64,000 bases of DNA from Candidatus Kaiserbacteria bacterium. Lineage in GTDB: Bacteria > Patescibacteriota > Minisyncoccia > Phycocordibacterales > UBA2100. The DNA lies in assembly GCA_017134395.1 (NCBI GenBank), contig CP070993.1, forward strand, positions 398,199-462,198. Direction: 5' to 3'. Positions 9,404 through 19,805 of this stretch are shown here, piece after piece; position 1 is the first letter of the stretch; each line of letters begins with the position of its first letter. Under the pieces are notes generated by a model. That model was not told the DNA's origin, did no database searches, and saw only the letters and a program-made list of their open reading frames with translations. The position numbers and the translations under genes were made by a program.

Positions 9404-10066
9404 TTATTGCACCTTCCCTATTTTACGCATGTGTACATCCTTCCACGCTGGCGCCATTTTATCTACAATAATTTGGTGAGGATAGTCGAGTACATCCCGA
9501 ATGAGTCTGTCGTATACACCTAAACGATACGTAAAATCTGGCGTTGAAAAAGCAGCGTATCGAAGCTCATGACCCATGTGTGATTCTAAATCTCGTATAG
9601 CCGCTTTAAGGCGCGAGTCTTTCAAAGAATCTCCTACTACCATTATGTCTATACGACTATCAGTATCACGAATAAAGACACCAGAAACGATTACGAGTTT
9701 TATTTTCCCTGTCCCATTAATCTTTTTTAGAATCCCATTATCGTCTGTCGGTTTAATGTTAAGTATAAAGTTTCGCAATGCAAGTAAGTCTGCAAAGGTG
9801 GTGTCTATAGTAAATCCAACCACTTTCTTTTTCGCCTCTTTTTTATTCTTGCCTCTGCCTTTAGTAACGATACGAGTATCGTTTTGTTTTTTAAGTAATC
9901 CTATTTTTGTAAATAGATTGAGTTCTTTTCGAACTGTTTGAGGATGAACCTTCGCACGTGTCGCAACTTCATCTGAGGTGTAGCATGAGTCAAGATTCGA
10001 TAAAAATAATCGGAGGATTTTTACCCGTGCTGGGCTTCCAAATAGTGCGCTGAGTACATCATTCAT
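9404..10066 (-). CDS. Winged-helix transcription regulator with nucleotidyltransferase-like C-terminus
   Basis: LFGSPARVKILRLF HTH start; SGVF...SRIDIMVVGD; start moved to MNDVLS after TACAAT. Confidence 0.7.
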   Translation of the reverse strand: MNDVLSALFGSPARVKILRLFLSNLDSCYTSDEVATRAKVHPQTVRKELNLFTKIGLLKKQNDTRIVTKGRGKNKKEAKKKVVGFTIDTTFADLLALRNFILNIKPTDDNGILKKINGTGKIKLVIVSGVFIRDTDSRIDIMVVGDSLKDSRLKAAIRDLESHMGHELRYAAFSTPDFTYRLGVYDRLIRDVLDYPHQIIVDKMAPAWKDVHMRKIGKVQ

Positions 10067-10148
10067 TGGGGTGATTGTAGCATAAGCTTCGTGCAAACAA
10101 AAAACCGGCGCCAAAAGCGCCGGTTTTTTGCAATATATAGTAATGAAG

Positions 10149-10664
10149 TTATTTTAACTCAACTGTAGCTCCTGCCTCAGTAAGCTTGGTCTTCATTTCT
10201 TCTGCCTCTTCTGGCTTTACGCCACTCTTAAGGTCAGCCGGTGCTGATTCTACAAGGTCTTTTGCTTCTTTAAGCCCAAGTCCTAGTACTTCCTTAATTG
10301 CTTTGATAACTCCGATCTTTGAGTCACCTACAGCTGAAAGGTGAACGATGTAATCGCTCTTTTCTTCAGCGGCACCACCATCTGCTGCTCCACCTGCAAC
10401 TGCAACAGCTGCTGCTGAAACACCAAATTTCTTCTCAAGAACTTTTACAAGCCCGTGAAGTTCAAGCACGGTCATCTTTTCGATCTTTTCGATAAGGTCC
10501 TTGTACTCATCTGGCACTTCTACCTCTTCCGCTTCGTCAGCAGCTGGAGCTGCTTCCTCTGCCTTTTCTTCAGCAGCTGGTGCTTCTTCAACAACAGCCT
10601 CTTCTTTTACTTCTTCCGCTGCTTCCTCAGTAGCAGCTTCGTCTTTCTTTTCTTCTTCAGTCAT
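10149..10664 (-). CDS. rplL: 50S ribosomal protein L7/L12 with acidic N-terminal extension
   Basis: [37 protein letters not shown]. Confidence 0.96.
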   Translation of the reverse strand: MTEEEKKDEAATEEAAEEVKEEAVVEEAPAAEEKAEEAAPAADEAEEVEVPDEYKDLIEKIEKMTVLELHGLVKVLEKKFGVSAAAVAVAGGAADGGAAEEKSDYIVHLSAVGDSKIGVIKAIKEVLGLGLKEAKDLVESAPADLKSGVKPEEAEEMKTKLTEAGATVELK

Positions 10665-10730
10665 ACGTTAGTTATTAGTTGATAGTTGATAGTTTTTAGT
10701 TGGTAGCAACACACTATACAAGTGCAATTG

Positions 10731-11225
10731 CTATGCTTCTTTCTTTTCTGCAATTCCGTTAAGTGCTACAACCAAACCTTGAATTGGTGAGTTGATGACG
10801 TTTGCGAACATACCACGAAGTGTGTCCACCGGTGGAATAGTTGCAACTTCGTTCATCTCTGCAGCATCCATGAAGCGACCTTCAAAGACACCTCCCACAA
10901 TTGAAAGCTTGTCGCCGTACTTCTTTACAAACGAGTACACGTTTCGTGCTGGAGCTGTTGGATCGTCAGACCCGTATGCTACTGCAACTTCTCCTTCAAG
11001 AATTGGTTGCTCCCCCTCTACTCCGGCGTTTTCAAACGCACGGCTCATAAGAGTTTTTCGAGCAACGAAATATGATACGCCTTCCTCACGAAGACCACTA
11101 CGAAGTGCAGTTTCTTCACTCACTGGAAGACCATTGAAGTGCACAAAAACTGTCGATGCCGATGTTTTTACTGCACCCTCAAGACGATCAAGAATTGCTT
11201 TCTTTTGTTCTTTTGTTTTTGCCAT
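10731..11225 (-). CDS. rplJ: 50S ribosomal protein L10
   Basis: MAKTKEQKK start, F.GL.V....LR, V.RKTL; immediately upstream of rplL. Confidence 0.93.
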   Translation of the reverse strand: MAKTKEQKKAILDRLEGAVKTSASTVFVHFNGLPVSEETALRSGLREEGVSYFVARKTLMSRAFENAGVEGEQPILEGEVAVAYGSDDPTAPARNVYSFVKKYGDKLSIVGGVFEGRFMDAAEMNEVATIPPVDTLRGMFANVINSPIQGLVVALNGIAEKKEA

Positions 11226-11251
11226 AGAGCAATACGAAAATGCTGATAAAT

Positions 11252-11335
11252 GGTAACGAGTGTTATATACGAAGAGAATCAACCTCGGCACGTCTGACCC
11301 CTAATGTGGGAGCGCGCTTTCTTCAGCTCGTTACC
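11252..11335 (-). promoter_or_regulatory. Probable L10 leader (autoregulatory RNA)
   Basis: GGTAACGAG/CTCGTTACC closing stem with CTGAAGA..AG and CGTGCCGAGG, resembling the L10 leader core, directly upstream of rplJ. Confidence 0.55.
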
Positions 11336-11439
11336 GAAGACTATACCCAAATACAGCTAAAAGTGCAACGATTTACTATCAATTGACAGTGCGTGTATAT
11401 GTGTTACAATACAGTTTGGTAAATTAAGGAGATAGAGAT

Positions 11440-11661
11440 ATGGGTAAATCTACGCTACCGGCTGATTTGTTGTCTGATCTCGGCGAAGTAATGCCAGTCG
11501 GCGGGATCCTCTTCGACTTCACTACTCAAATGCTCGGAGAGCTTATCCCTGAAAAAAACTGCGATACTCCGCGCAAAGCATTGAAGGAGGTTCTTGGCAA
11601 AGATAACATCTCTGCCGTGAACTTCGTTCTCGCCAAGCACGAAATCGCTGTTCAAATCTAG
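11440..11661 (+). CDS. Small hypothetical protein with own promoter, SD and terminator
   Basis: TTGACA (11383)...TACAAT, AAGGAG, downstream hairpin AAAGCGACCAC...GTGGTCGCTTT. Confidence 0.65.
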   Translation: MGKSTLPADLLSDLGEVMPVGGILFDFTTQMLGELIPEKNCDTPRKALKEVLGKDNISAVNFVLAKHEIAVQI

Positions 11662-11719
11662 TGATTACTGCCCATCTACAAAAGCGACCACACTAGTTAG
11701 TGGTCGCTTTAACTTTTAC

Positions 11720-11878
11720 CTATTGAAATAATACAAACGACACGCCAGCCTGCATCAAGTCTTCTGTGGTTATGTCGTAATAGTTAACAGCAAGCACAAC
11801 ACTCAGACTGATTGAAAGTATAAATACAAATCCAAACAGAAAGTTGAAGAATGTACTATTGAGGATTCCTTTTTCCAT
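11720..11878 (-). CDS. Small membrane protein (52 aa, below ORF-track cutoff)
   Basis: Manual translation MEKGILNSTFFNFLFGFVFILSISLSVVLAVNYYDITTEDLMQAGVSFVLFQ; one TM helix. Confidence 0.55.
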   Translation of the reverse strand: MEKGILNSTFFNFLFGFVFILSISLSVVLAVNYYDITTEDLMQAGVSFVLFQ

Positions 11879-11930
11879 ATCTATATATTACCATCTAAAG
11901 TTTAAACTGAAATAAGCTCTTTTTTACTTG

Positions 11931-13664
11931 TTAGAACTCGAACGGGACATCGACATCTAAAGAAACTGTCTTTACGAATGCCCCACTGTCACACGACAAC
12001 GTTAAAGTCATATCTTCAGCGATAAGTGCGAACTCACTCCCTGATGTGCCAGTCCATGAAATAAGTCCTCCGGTTACAGTACAGCTGGTAGCACCCGAAG
12101 TATTCCAGGATACTGTCGTTGGTCCAAAGAACCCAGATGAAGGGTCAGCAGATATACTTCCACTTATTGCTGCTGTTCCACTACCGCCTGTTCCTTGAAT
12201 TGGTGCAAAAAACATTTTTTGTATCCACGGTGTAGGGTCATTGCATCCTGGTTGATCACCAACCCATCCTACCTTGTTCCACGGTCCTTGTAGTGAGTTT
12301 TCAATACACTCTTTTTCACGTTGAGCCAAAAGAGCCTCAAGAAATGCAATGAGTGCGCTCGCCTCGTTGACCCGCGCTTGTAGCTCCTCTAGTGTTGGTC
12401 CTGTTTGTTTTTGTGGTGTCACTCCGTCTGGCAGAGGTTCGCCAACGATAGTTTTCTTTAAGGCCTGCTGTAATCCGAGCAATGCACTCGCTGGTTGTGC
12501 ATCTTCCTTAAGAGCTGAATCACGTGCTGCTGCTGGCGTATGAATTCCATATACCTTAGCCGCAGCATAATACCCATCTAAATCATCTTTGTTTAGTTCA
12601 TACACATCCGCAGCAGCAAGTGATGTAAGCGCTAGTTTTGAATCTCTGCCAAACGCTAATCTTTTCATTACATCTTCAGTTTCTTTATAGCTTTTGTTCA
12701 TCGCAAGCAGCGCTCCTGTTTTACGTTCTTCTTCTACCTCTTTAAAAAACAAATCAATTACTGCGACCCCGTGAAGTACTGCCTGTTTAGATAAAACATC
12801 CCAATAGTCTTTCGATATCTTTCCATCTTTATCATTAAAAAAGTACTCAGTTTCAATCTCTTCTGTGCTTTCCTCATAATCTTGTTTCGCATTAACTACT
12901 CTATGCCCGTAGATTTTGTGTATGGCAAACCCTGAATCAAAGTACACATCACTCTCAGAGGGATGTGTATACTTACCAAAGCTTGCATCACGACTCACGA
13001 AATTATAATTTGAAAATGTTGCAGCATACAATATAGCGTCTTTAATACTTGCAACAACGGGAACGTCTTCATCTGTAATTTCAACAATTACTTTTCTACT
13101 TTCTGAATATTGTTCATATAGATCTCCTCCAAAATCCCAAGGAGGGTGTGCATCATTTCGCGTATGTGCAGGTACAGTAGCATCCTGCACCAAATGCAAT
13201 TGATGCCCCAGAACCTGCAGGGCATAGTTTTTATCACCATGTACGTATTCATATACACCCCTGGCCCAAGAAAAATCAGTTTCGGAACTAAAGAGTATCT
13301 CATCCGACTTTATTTTCCCGCGCCCAAAGTTTCCTTGCATGATTGTATCCTGCGCCCATATCATGGAAGCATCTCCATTCACTGGAGCAAAATCTGAAAA
13401 TCTCCCTCTAAGCCCTCGGTTCTTTACTGGATCATAAAAATGATTTAAATATCTTGTTGATGAATCTTCCTTAAGGCTTCCATCAACGATTTCTGCTACC
13501 TCAGAATTGCTAAACAACTCTTCACCATTAATGGAAGCATGCGCATTTAAAGTGGCTGCTGTTATATCTGCATGAGTTTCTAGGCTGTATGCACCTACAT
13601 AAGTAGGCATGCTCGCAATACATAGAGCTACATATAACGTTGCTAGAAATCTTTTAGTTTCCAT
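11931..13664 (-). CDS. Secreted protein with Zn-dependent phospholipase C/S1-P1 nuclease-like N-terminal domain
   Basis: Signal peptide then YS.ETH, ED...NHFYDP, LGHQLHLVQD..VPAH motifs; beta-rich C-terminal module. Confidence 0.7.
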   Translation of the reverse strand: METKRFLATLYVALCIASMPTYVGAYSLETHADITAATLNAHASINGEELFSNSEVAEIVDGSLKEDSSTRYLNHFYDPVKNRGLRGRFSDFAPVNGDASMIWAQDTIMQGNFGRGKIKSDEILFSSETDFSWARGVYEYVHGDKNYALQVLGHQLHLVQDATVPAHTRNDAHPPWDFGGDLYEQYSESRKVIVEITDEDVPVVASIKDAILYAATFSNYNFVSRDASFGKYTHPSESDVYFDSGFAIHKIYGHRVVNAKQDYEESTEEIETEYFFNDKDGKISKDYWDVLSKQAVLHGVAVIDLFFKEVEEERKTGALLAMNKSYKETEDVMKRLAFGRDSKLALTSLAAADVYELNKDDLDGYYAAAKVYGIHTPAAARDSALKEDAQPASALLGLQQALKKTIVGEPLPDGVTPQKQTGPTLEELQARVNEASALIAFLEALLAQREKECIENSLQGPWNKVGWVGDQPGCNDPTPWIQKMFFAPIQGTGGSGTAAISGSISADPSSGFFGPTTVSWNTSGATSCTVTGGLISWTGTSGSEFALIAEDMTLTLSCDSGAFVKTVSLDVDVPFEF

Positions 13665-14161
13665 ACTTTAGTATATTCATTGAAAATGAATCTCTCAAAA
13701 TGAAATTGTTGTCCATCTTTGAAAAAATCTATTTCATACGTTGTGCCATCAGGAAATAAAGCTCCTTGCTGTTCGTATGTTTTTAATATATTTATATAAA
13801 ACTCCGGCCTCTTCATCTTTAGAAACACACTAAACTGTTCTTCTTGCTGTTCTGGCAAAAAGTACTTACTTGCAAGTTCGTAGTCCTCTTCTTCCATAGC
13901 AGTAATGAAAAGTTGTAATGTTTCCTCTGGGGTAGTTCCTCCGTATGTATCATTTTTGTAAAGATTTGTGATTCGCTCACCTTCTTTTTCCAAAGCTTTT
14001 AGTGAATCCCTAAGTTCCCTATCTTGCGCACGATACGGTGCCTCAACTTTCCACGACTGGTAGTAATTGGCTACGAACAATGCTGCCCATGCGCCAATAA
14101 CTACAGCGATGAGCCATACCCACCACTTGCCAGAAAACCCTTCTAGAAAGTCATATTTCAT
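13643..14161 (-). CDS. Membrane-anchored hypothetical protein (possible NTF2-like domain)
   Basis: N-terminal TM; DTYGGTTPEETLQLFI.A....DYELASKYF; overlaps downstream gene. Confidence 0.7.
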   Translation of the reverse strand: MKYDFLEGFSGKWWVWLIAVVIGAWAALFVANYYQSWKVEAPYRAQDRELRDSLKALEKEGERITNLYKNDTYGGTTPEETLQLFITAMEEEDYELASKYFLPEQQEEQFSVFLKMKRPEFYINILKTYEQQGALFPDGTTYEIDFFKDGQQFHFERFIFNEYTKVWKLKDF

Positions 14162-14220
14162 ATTTGAATACTATCATATTGCAATACGACAATATATAGA
14201 ATTCTATGCAGTAAGTACCC

Positions 14221-15702
14221 CTATTTCTTACCCTTCTTAAGTGGTTTGAGTGTTTCTAAATCAAGCGTTTCATCTATACGGATTTGGCTGACAAATTCTG
14301 GGACGTGAGAAACTAATATCATAGCGCCTTCATATTCATCTAATGCCTTCGCGATAATAGGTAAATGGCGAAAGTTAATGTGGTTTGTAGGTTCATCTAA
14401 AATAAGAAGATTCGGTTTTAAAAGTACCAGTTGGGCAAATGCTACCAACCCCTTTTGTCCTTCAGAGAGACTCCCCACCTTTGAATACATTATGTCCGCT
14501 GTAATTAAGAACCCTGCCGCAACACTGCGCATGTGGTGTTCGTCAGGTTTTGGCATTGCTGATTCAAGCGTCTTGTACACAGTCTCATCAAAATTGAGCG
14601 TCGAGAAATCCTGTCGATAGTACCCGACATTCACTCCAGAAGCGATAATTGCTCCCTCTTCAGTATTATTAGCCAAACGTTCAAGCAGTGTACTTTTGCC
14701 AATACCGTTTGGTCCAGTAAGAAGAAGGTGTTTATTTCTTACAAGAGAGATTTCAGCAGCGCGCTCTTGCGGCTTATTGTCTTTCATTACGAGCACAGAG
14801 TTGATATGTAGAATCTCCCCTATTGGGCGCTCTCTCATTTCAATAGCAAATGGTCGGATTGTCTTATCTTCGCGCCGTACGTCTACCTTTGACTCTTCAG
14901 CTTCTGCCGCACTTTCACGCATTCGTTTCGCAACCATACGCATGTTTCCACCCTTATTTGCGAAGAAGTTAGCCTTGTCTTTTTTTTCTTTGATAATCTT
15001 CTCAGCCTGCGCATTCTTACGGCGTTCTTTTTCTACTCGTACAGTAATATCACGCACTACGTCTTTATAGTTACCAACGTACTGTTCTACCTTACGGGTA
15101 AATATATCAAGGTACAAAACACCCTGTGTAAATGCATTCAAAAAATCTGCGTCGTGGGAAATGACAATAACTGTCTTCTTGTAGTCGATTAGGAACTTTT
15201 CTAGGTGAGCAATGCCCTCTTTATCTAAATTGTTCGTCGGCTCATCAAGGAGAAGTAGGTCAGGTTTTTGAATAAGTGCTGAAGCCAATAGAAGTCGTGC
15301 TTGCTGCCCACCTGAAAACTCTTTTACTTTCTTTTCTTTATCAGCATGTAAATTAACTACTTCAAGGATGTCGTCAATTCGTGGGTCAATATCGTACACC
15401 TTCTTTTTAAAACTTCTCTCAAAGAACTCTCGTACTGAAAGCTCTAATTGCTCACGTGGTATTACTTGTCGTGCTATCGCTACAGAGAGGTTCGGTGCTA
15501 TTTGTATGACGCCATCTTCTGGTTCAGATGCTCTTGTAATAAGCGAGAAGAGTGTACTTTTACCAGCCCCATTTTGACCCATAAGCGTAATCTTAGAACC
15601 ACGACGCACAGTAAAACCAACCTCATCGAGTATGGGTTTTGTAGAGCTGTGTTCAAACGACACGGTATCAAATCTCACTATTACTTCTCCTCTTTCTGAC
15701 AT
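14221..15702 (-). CDS. ABC-F family ATP-binding protein
   Basis: Two ABC domains (GQNGAGKST, FSGGQ, LLLDEPTNNLD; GPNGIGKST, LSEGQ, ILDEPTNH), no TM. Confidence 0.92.
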   Translation of the reverse strand: MSERGEVIVRFDTVSFEHSSTKPILDEVGFTVRRGSKITLMGQNGAGKSTLFSLITRASEPEDGVIQIAPNLSVAIARQVIPREQLELSVREFFERSFKKKVYDIDPRIDDILEVVNLHADKEKKVKEFSGGQQARLLLASALIQKPDLLLLDEPTNNLDKEGIAHLEKFLIDYKKTVIVISHDADFLNAFTQGVLYLDIFTRKVEQYVGNYKDVVRDITVRVEKERRKNAQAEKIIKEKKDKANFFANKGGNMRMVAKRMRESAAEAEESKVDVRREDKTIRPFAIEMRERPIGEILHINSVLVMKDNKPQERAAEISLVRNKHLLLTGPNGIGKSTLLERLANNTEEGAIIASGVNVGYYRQDFSTLNFDETVYKTLESAMPKPDEHHMRSVAAGFLITADIMYSKVGSLSEGQKGLVAFAQLVLLKPNLLILDEPTNHINFRHLPIIAKALDEYEGAMILVSHVPEFVSQIRIDETLDLETLKPLKKGKK

Positions 15703-15857
15703 ACAAAATAAAAAAGGCACCACACGGGCACTCGTTAGGACTAGAGAATACTGTATATATGACAGTAACACAACTACTCTATATGCACAGAATGTTGAAT
15801 GCAAGAAAACCCTTAAAACAATAACGTTTTAAGGGTTTTCTAAAATAGTGTGGTAAG

Positions 15858-15897
15858 GGAAAAGCCCCAAGCGCTTGCGCGCTTGGGGCTTATTCCC
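15858..15897 (-). terminator. Terminator-like hairpin after S-layer-like gene
   Basis: AAGCCCCAAGCGC-TTGC-GCGCTTGGGGCTT; a second hairpin at 15805-15841. Confidence 0.65.
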
Positions 15898-15946
15898 TAA
15901 TCCTAATTAACCATAGAAGTTAATTAGTGTAATCAAGCTAACTCGA

Positions 15947-18900
15947 TTACGAAGGATTTACGTGAGTTTGACCGAATAGGTCTCCCTTGAACACGTTGTC
16001 GGCTTCCGAGTAGTTTGTAGTACCCGTTCCAACACTAAATCCTAGATCAGCTGCGGTTGAGTCATCAAGCCATGCTTGAATCGTGTCCCCGTCTGTTGCC
16101 AAGCCTGAAGCATCTGCGTACACGTAAATGTACTCGAATCCTCCAGCAGGAACAGTAAGTTCAGCTGTACTAAAGTCGAATGCTACAGCTGATGTTGCGA
16201 TTGCACCAGAGTCAAGAGTGTTTCCATCCTTGTCTTTGATTGTAATCGTTTCATCAAGAGCTGCACCGCCATCGTTACCTGAGAACTGAATCTCAAGGTT
16301 GTTGGCAGTTGAAGTGTCATCGAAGCTCAGGTCTTCATCTCCTGGGTTCGTAACCTTAATCTTCGCTACGAGGTAGTTAGCACTTGTTGTAAGAACTGTG
16401 CTTGCAACATCCTCGAATGCGAATACTGGGTATGCTTCATACACAGTTTGTGTAGCTGGAGTAACAGTTGTGTCATCAGGGTCAATTGCTGATCCTGAAT
16501 CAAGTCCTGTACCGTCAACGTCACCTGAAGCTGCAATTGTTGCAATAACAGTTGAACCGTTAACTACCTGTGTACCGTCAATGTTGTTCAATACAACCTT
16601 AACTGTAACAAGTACCTTATCGTCAGCTGGAACAACAAGTGTTCCGTCTGTGAAGAATACTTCTGCTGTGTTCTGACCACCAGTTACTTCTCCTAACTTG
16701 GTTGAACCATTGTAGAAGATGTACTTTGCAACTGCGTTGTCAGTACCAGTGCTTGTAAGCTTAATGCTGTCGATGTCTACATCTTCAACATTGTTTGCTG
16801 CAAGACGGAAGACTGCTACAGTCTGCTCGCTTGTGGTGTCGTCAAGAATCAATGATGCGTCTGGTGATGTAGAGTCTACTGTAAGAGTTACATCTCCTGA
16901 AGCTGCAACAGTCATAACCTGTCCTGAACCTGTTGGGCTAACTGAAACAGTTGAACCTGAGTTCAGACCTACGGCTGTAACCGCACTAATTGATACTTGG
17001 TGTGTACCACTAGATGCAGATGATGAAAGGTCTAGTATTACTGCAATTTCCACTGATGTGTTCTTTGCAACAGTAATGTGCGTGTCAAGAGGCATTGCCA
17101 ATGTAACTGCACCAGTTGAACCTGTCATTTGTTCTGCGTCTGCTACACGAGTTTCGTACTTGTCACCACGAACTGAGTCGTTAGTTGAACCACCTGTAAG
17201 GTTTGCCCAAATTTCAACGTTGTCTAGGTGTGTACCAGTTGATGTTGCTGCTGTTGAAGCAACAGTAACCGCTGTAACACGTACATCTTCTCCTGAGTTG
17301 GCTGCGTCAAGGTTAGCAGTTGCAAAGACGAAGTCTGTTGCACCTGGAACGACTGAACGAGCTGCAGGTTGTGTAAGTGTTGTTGCTGACAATGCAGCAG
17401 ATTGAACTGTCATTGTGTTTCCAGTAGCTGTTGTGCCAGGGATTGTAACAGTGTCACCAGTTACATCACCAGTTGCGTCACTCCATCCTGAAGGGTTGGC
17501 ATTGATCACAATTGTGTCCCCATTCGCCCATGACGAATCTAGATAACCTCTAACGTACAGAGTAGTAACTCCTGTTGGGAAGCTAATGCTGCTGAATGTC
17601 ATTGTACCTGTAGTACTTGCTCCTGTTGCGTCAACTGGACCTGCAAGAACAGAACCGTTTTGGTCAACAAGAGTAACGTTGTCAAGATCAGTTCCGACTG
17701 GGCTTCCTCCTACTTGACCGATTGTAGCTGTCATAACTAGAGTTTGAACCGTAATTGGTTCTCCCTTGATATCAACAGTAAATGCCCCTAGAAGTTCATC
17801 AGAAGTCTGGATAGCAACGTTAGCTGCTGGAGCTGCACTACTCTTTGATACTGAGTTAAATGTACCTGCTGAGATAGTAACTACGTTAGCATCATACACA
17901 GGGCTCGTTGCGCTGAAGTTTGAACCAACTGCTGGTGTAAGTCCGTATCCGTAAGTCTCGCCAGTTAGGTTGATATCAGTCATCTTGTAGACGTCAAACG
18001 CAATGTTTCGGTTTGTACCTCCGATGATGTCACCCTTAACAACGATCTCCTTTGAGAGACCTTCTTTAATAACAATTCCTGAACCAAAGTTCACTACGTA
18101 ATAGTCACCCATTACAGTTGGAGTGTATGCAACACCATCTACATACGCCATCACATTGTTGATGTCTGAAGTTGATGCTGAACCGCTCTGGTCAAATCGT
18201 ACTGAGTGAAGACGTACATCTTCCTGTGAACCTGCTGTCAACTTGATAGCAGTAAAGGTGTAGTTGGTTGTACCAATTTCCTTTGTTGCTGTTGAAGCTG
18301 GGTCTTCTACGCCACGAGCTGCAGTTACGCTACCGATTGCAAGAGTTGCGTTAGTAGTGTGTGATGCACCTGTGATTGGAAGTGAACCTGCAACAGTTGC
18401 TGAAGTGTTAACTGCTACAACTGAAAGTGTTCCCACTTCACCTGCGTAGGCGTCAAGGCTTGCTGCCATGTTACCTGCAACAGTAAATGTGCGAGTTTCA
18501 CCTGCATTCAAGGTAACTGCCTCACCAACGTTTGCTTGGTCGTTTGAGTTAAGTACTCGAGCTGTTCCAAGCTGGATCCCGTTTTGGTCAAGAAGAACTA
18601 CTCCGGCAAATACCGAGTTGTTCAAAAGTCCTCCACGTTGCACAGTCACGTTGTTGATTGTCTGTGCTGTTCCACTGTTGTTTGTAACAGTGAACTTAGT
18701 GAAAGGAACACGTGCTGCTCCTTCAACTGCAAGACCATTAGCTGGCTGTGCTGCTGCTGCAACAGTAATTCCTGTTCCTGTAGGAACAGTTGTACCTGTG
18801 CCAGTTCCTGTTCCAGTACCTGTGCTAGTGCTCATTGCGTTAGCTGCAGAACGTGTGATAGGACCCCAGTAACCTGCTACTGGCGTAATGCCCTTAGCTG

Positions 18901-19276
18901 ACTGGAAAGCCTTAACTGCTGCTTGAGTTCGTGAACCAAAGTAGTCAGTTTCGTTACCAGGTGAACCTGCTCCTGTTGCTGAAACGGCAAATCCGTTTGC
19001 GTTTAGGAACTTCTGAATGTCCATAACTTCTCCACCTTGGTCACCTAGTTCGTGTGTAAGGGTGAAATTGTATGAACCTGTTGTGGTTGTTGAACCACCT
19101 GTCATTCCTGCAAGCTGTGCTTGTAGAGATGAGATTGTTGCAAGCAATGATGCAATTTGTGCTGTTAGATCTTCAACTGATTGCGCCTGTGCCGGTGTGA
19201 CAAAAGCGAAAGAGAAAACCATAGCAACTCCAACTGCTGCTGCTGCAACTTTGTTTGTTGTTAATGCAATACTCAT
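15947..19276 (-). CDS. Large secreted S-layer/cell-surface protein with peptidoglycan-binding domain
   Basis: Signal peptide, coiled coil, PG-binding motif (V.DIQKFLN...YFG.RT.AAV.AFQ...G.WGP.TR), TG linker, Thr/Val/Ala-rich Ig-like domains. Confidence 0.85.
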   Translation of the reverse strand: MSIALTTNKVAAAAVGVAMVFSFAFVTPAQAQSVEDLTAQIASLLATISSLQAQLAGMTGGSTTTTGSYNFTLTHELGDQGGEVMDIQKFLNANGFAVSATGAGSPGNETDYFGSRTQAAVKAFQSAKGITPVAGYWGPITRSAANAMSTSTGTGTGTGTGTTVPTGTGITVAAAAQPANGLAVEGAARVPFTKFTVTNNSGTAQTINNVTVQRGGLLNNSVFAGVVLLDQNGIQLGTARVLNSNDQANVGEAVTLNAGETRTFTVAGNMAASLDAYAGEVGTLSVVAVNTSATVAGSLPITGASHTTNATLAIGSVTAARGVEDPASTATKEIGTTNYTFTAIKLTAGSQEDVRLHSVRFDQSGSASTSDINNVMAYVDGVAYTPTVMGDYYVVNFGSGIVIKEGLSKEIVVKGDIIGGTNRNIAFDVYKMTDINLTGETYGYGLTPAVGSNFSATSPVYDANVVTISAGTFNSVSKSSAAPAANVAIQTSDELLGAFTVDIKGEPITVQTLVMTATIGQVGGSPVGTDLDNVTLVDQNGSVLAGPVDATGASTTGTMTFSSISFPTGVTTLYVRGYLDSSWANGDTIVINANPSGWSDATGDVTGDTVTIPGTTATGNTMTVQSAALSATTLTQPAARSVVPGATDFVFATANLDAANSGEDVRVTAVTVASTAATSTGTHLDNVEIWANLTGGSTNDSVRGDKYETRVADAEQMTGSTGAVTLAMPLDTHITVAKNTSVEIAVILDLSSSASSGTHQVSISAVTAVGLNSGSTVSVSPTGSGQVMTVAASGDVTLTVDSTSPDASLILDDTTSEQTVAVFRLAANNVEDVDIDSIKLTSTGTDNAVAKYIFYNGSTKLGEVTGGQNTAEVFFTDGTLVVPADDKVLVTVKVVLNNIDGTQVVNGSTVIATIAASGDVDGTGLDSGSAIDPDDTTVTPATQTVYEAYPVFAFEDVASTVLTTSANYLVAKIKVTNPGDEDLSFDDTSTANNLEIQFSGNDGGAALDETITIKDKDGNTLDSGAIATSAVAFDFSTAELTVPAGGFEYIYVYADASGLATDGDTIQAWLDDSTAADLGFSVGTGTTNYSEADNVFKGDLFGQTHVNPS

Positions 19277-19805
19277 AATTATTTAATTAATGTAACGTCA
19301 TGTATTAAATGTGACGTTACAGCTTATAGACCTTTTGTGACTACGAACGTCCCGGCTACCCGGGGAACCCCCCGGTCTGTAAAAGGCCCGGAGACGTTCA
19401 TAGCTGCAATACTGATTTGTCGACCAAATCAATTTCGCACTTTTCATCCGCACATCTTTTTTACAAGATGCACAGGCGTTAACTTTTCCATTCTATAAGA
19501 ACAACAAATTACTACTAATAAAATATGTAATGGCGTTATTCTTGAAACTTCGAGTTAACTTTACTTTTAATTGCCATCTTGCCACCACCATTGATTTCGA
19601 CACGGTGATGTATGCAAGTTAGCGAACTATATTTAAGTCTGAATGTCTGACATACAGAAAGCCCTTGTGCGAACACATGGGGTACGGAACATTGCTTCAA
19701 AATTCTGAAAATCTTATCTATAAATAGTAGACGAGTTACCGCGCTAATACTTACGTTTAAGAGACATCCTGCGAATGCAGGAAACTAGTTTATTCTAGTA
19801 TTTTA

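Noticed and set aside
18771-18830. Short repeats CCTGTT/CCAGT
   Set aside because: Encode the Thr-Gly linker of the surface protein
16398-19286. Long plus-strand ORFs opposite the S-layer gene
   Set aside because: Antisense shadows from biased codon usage
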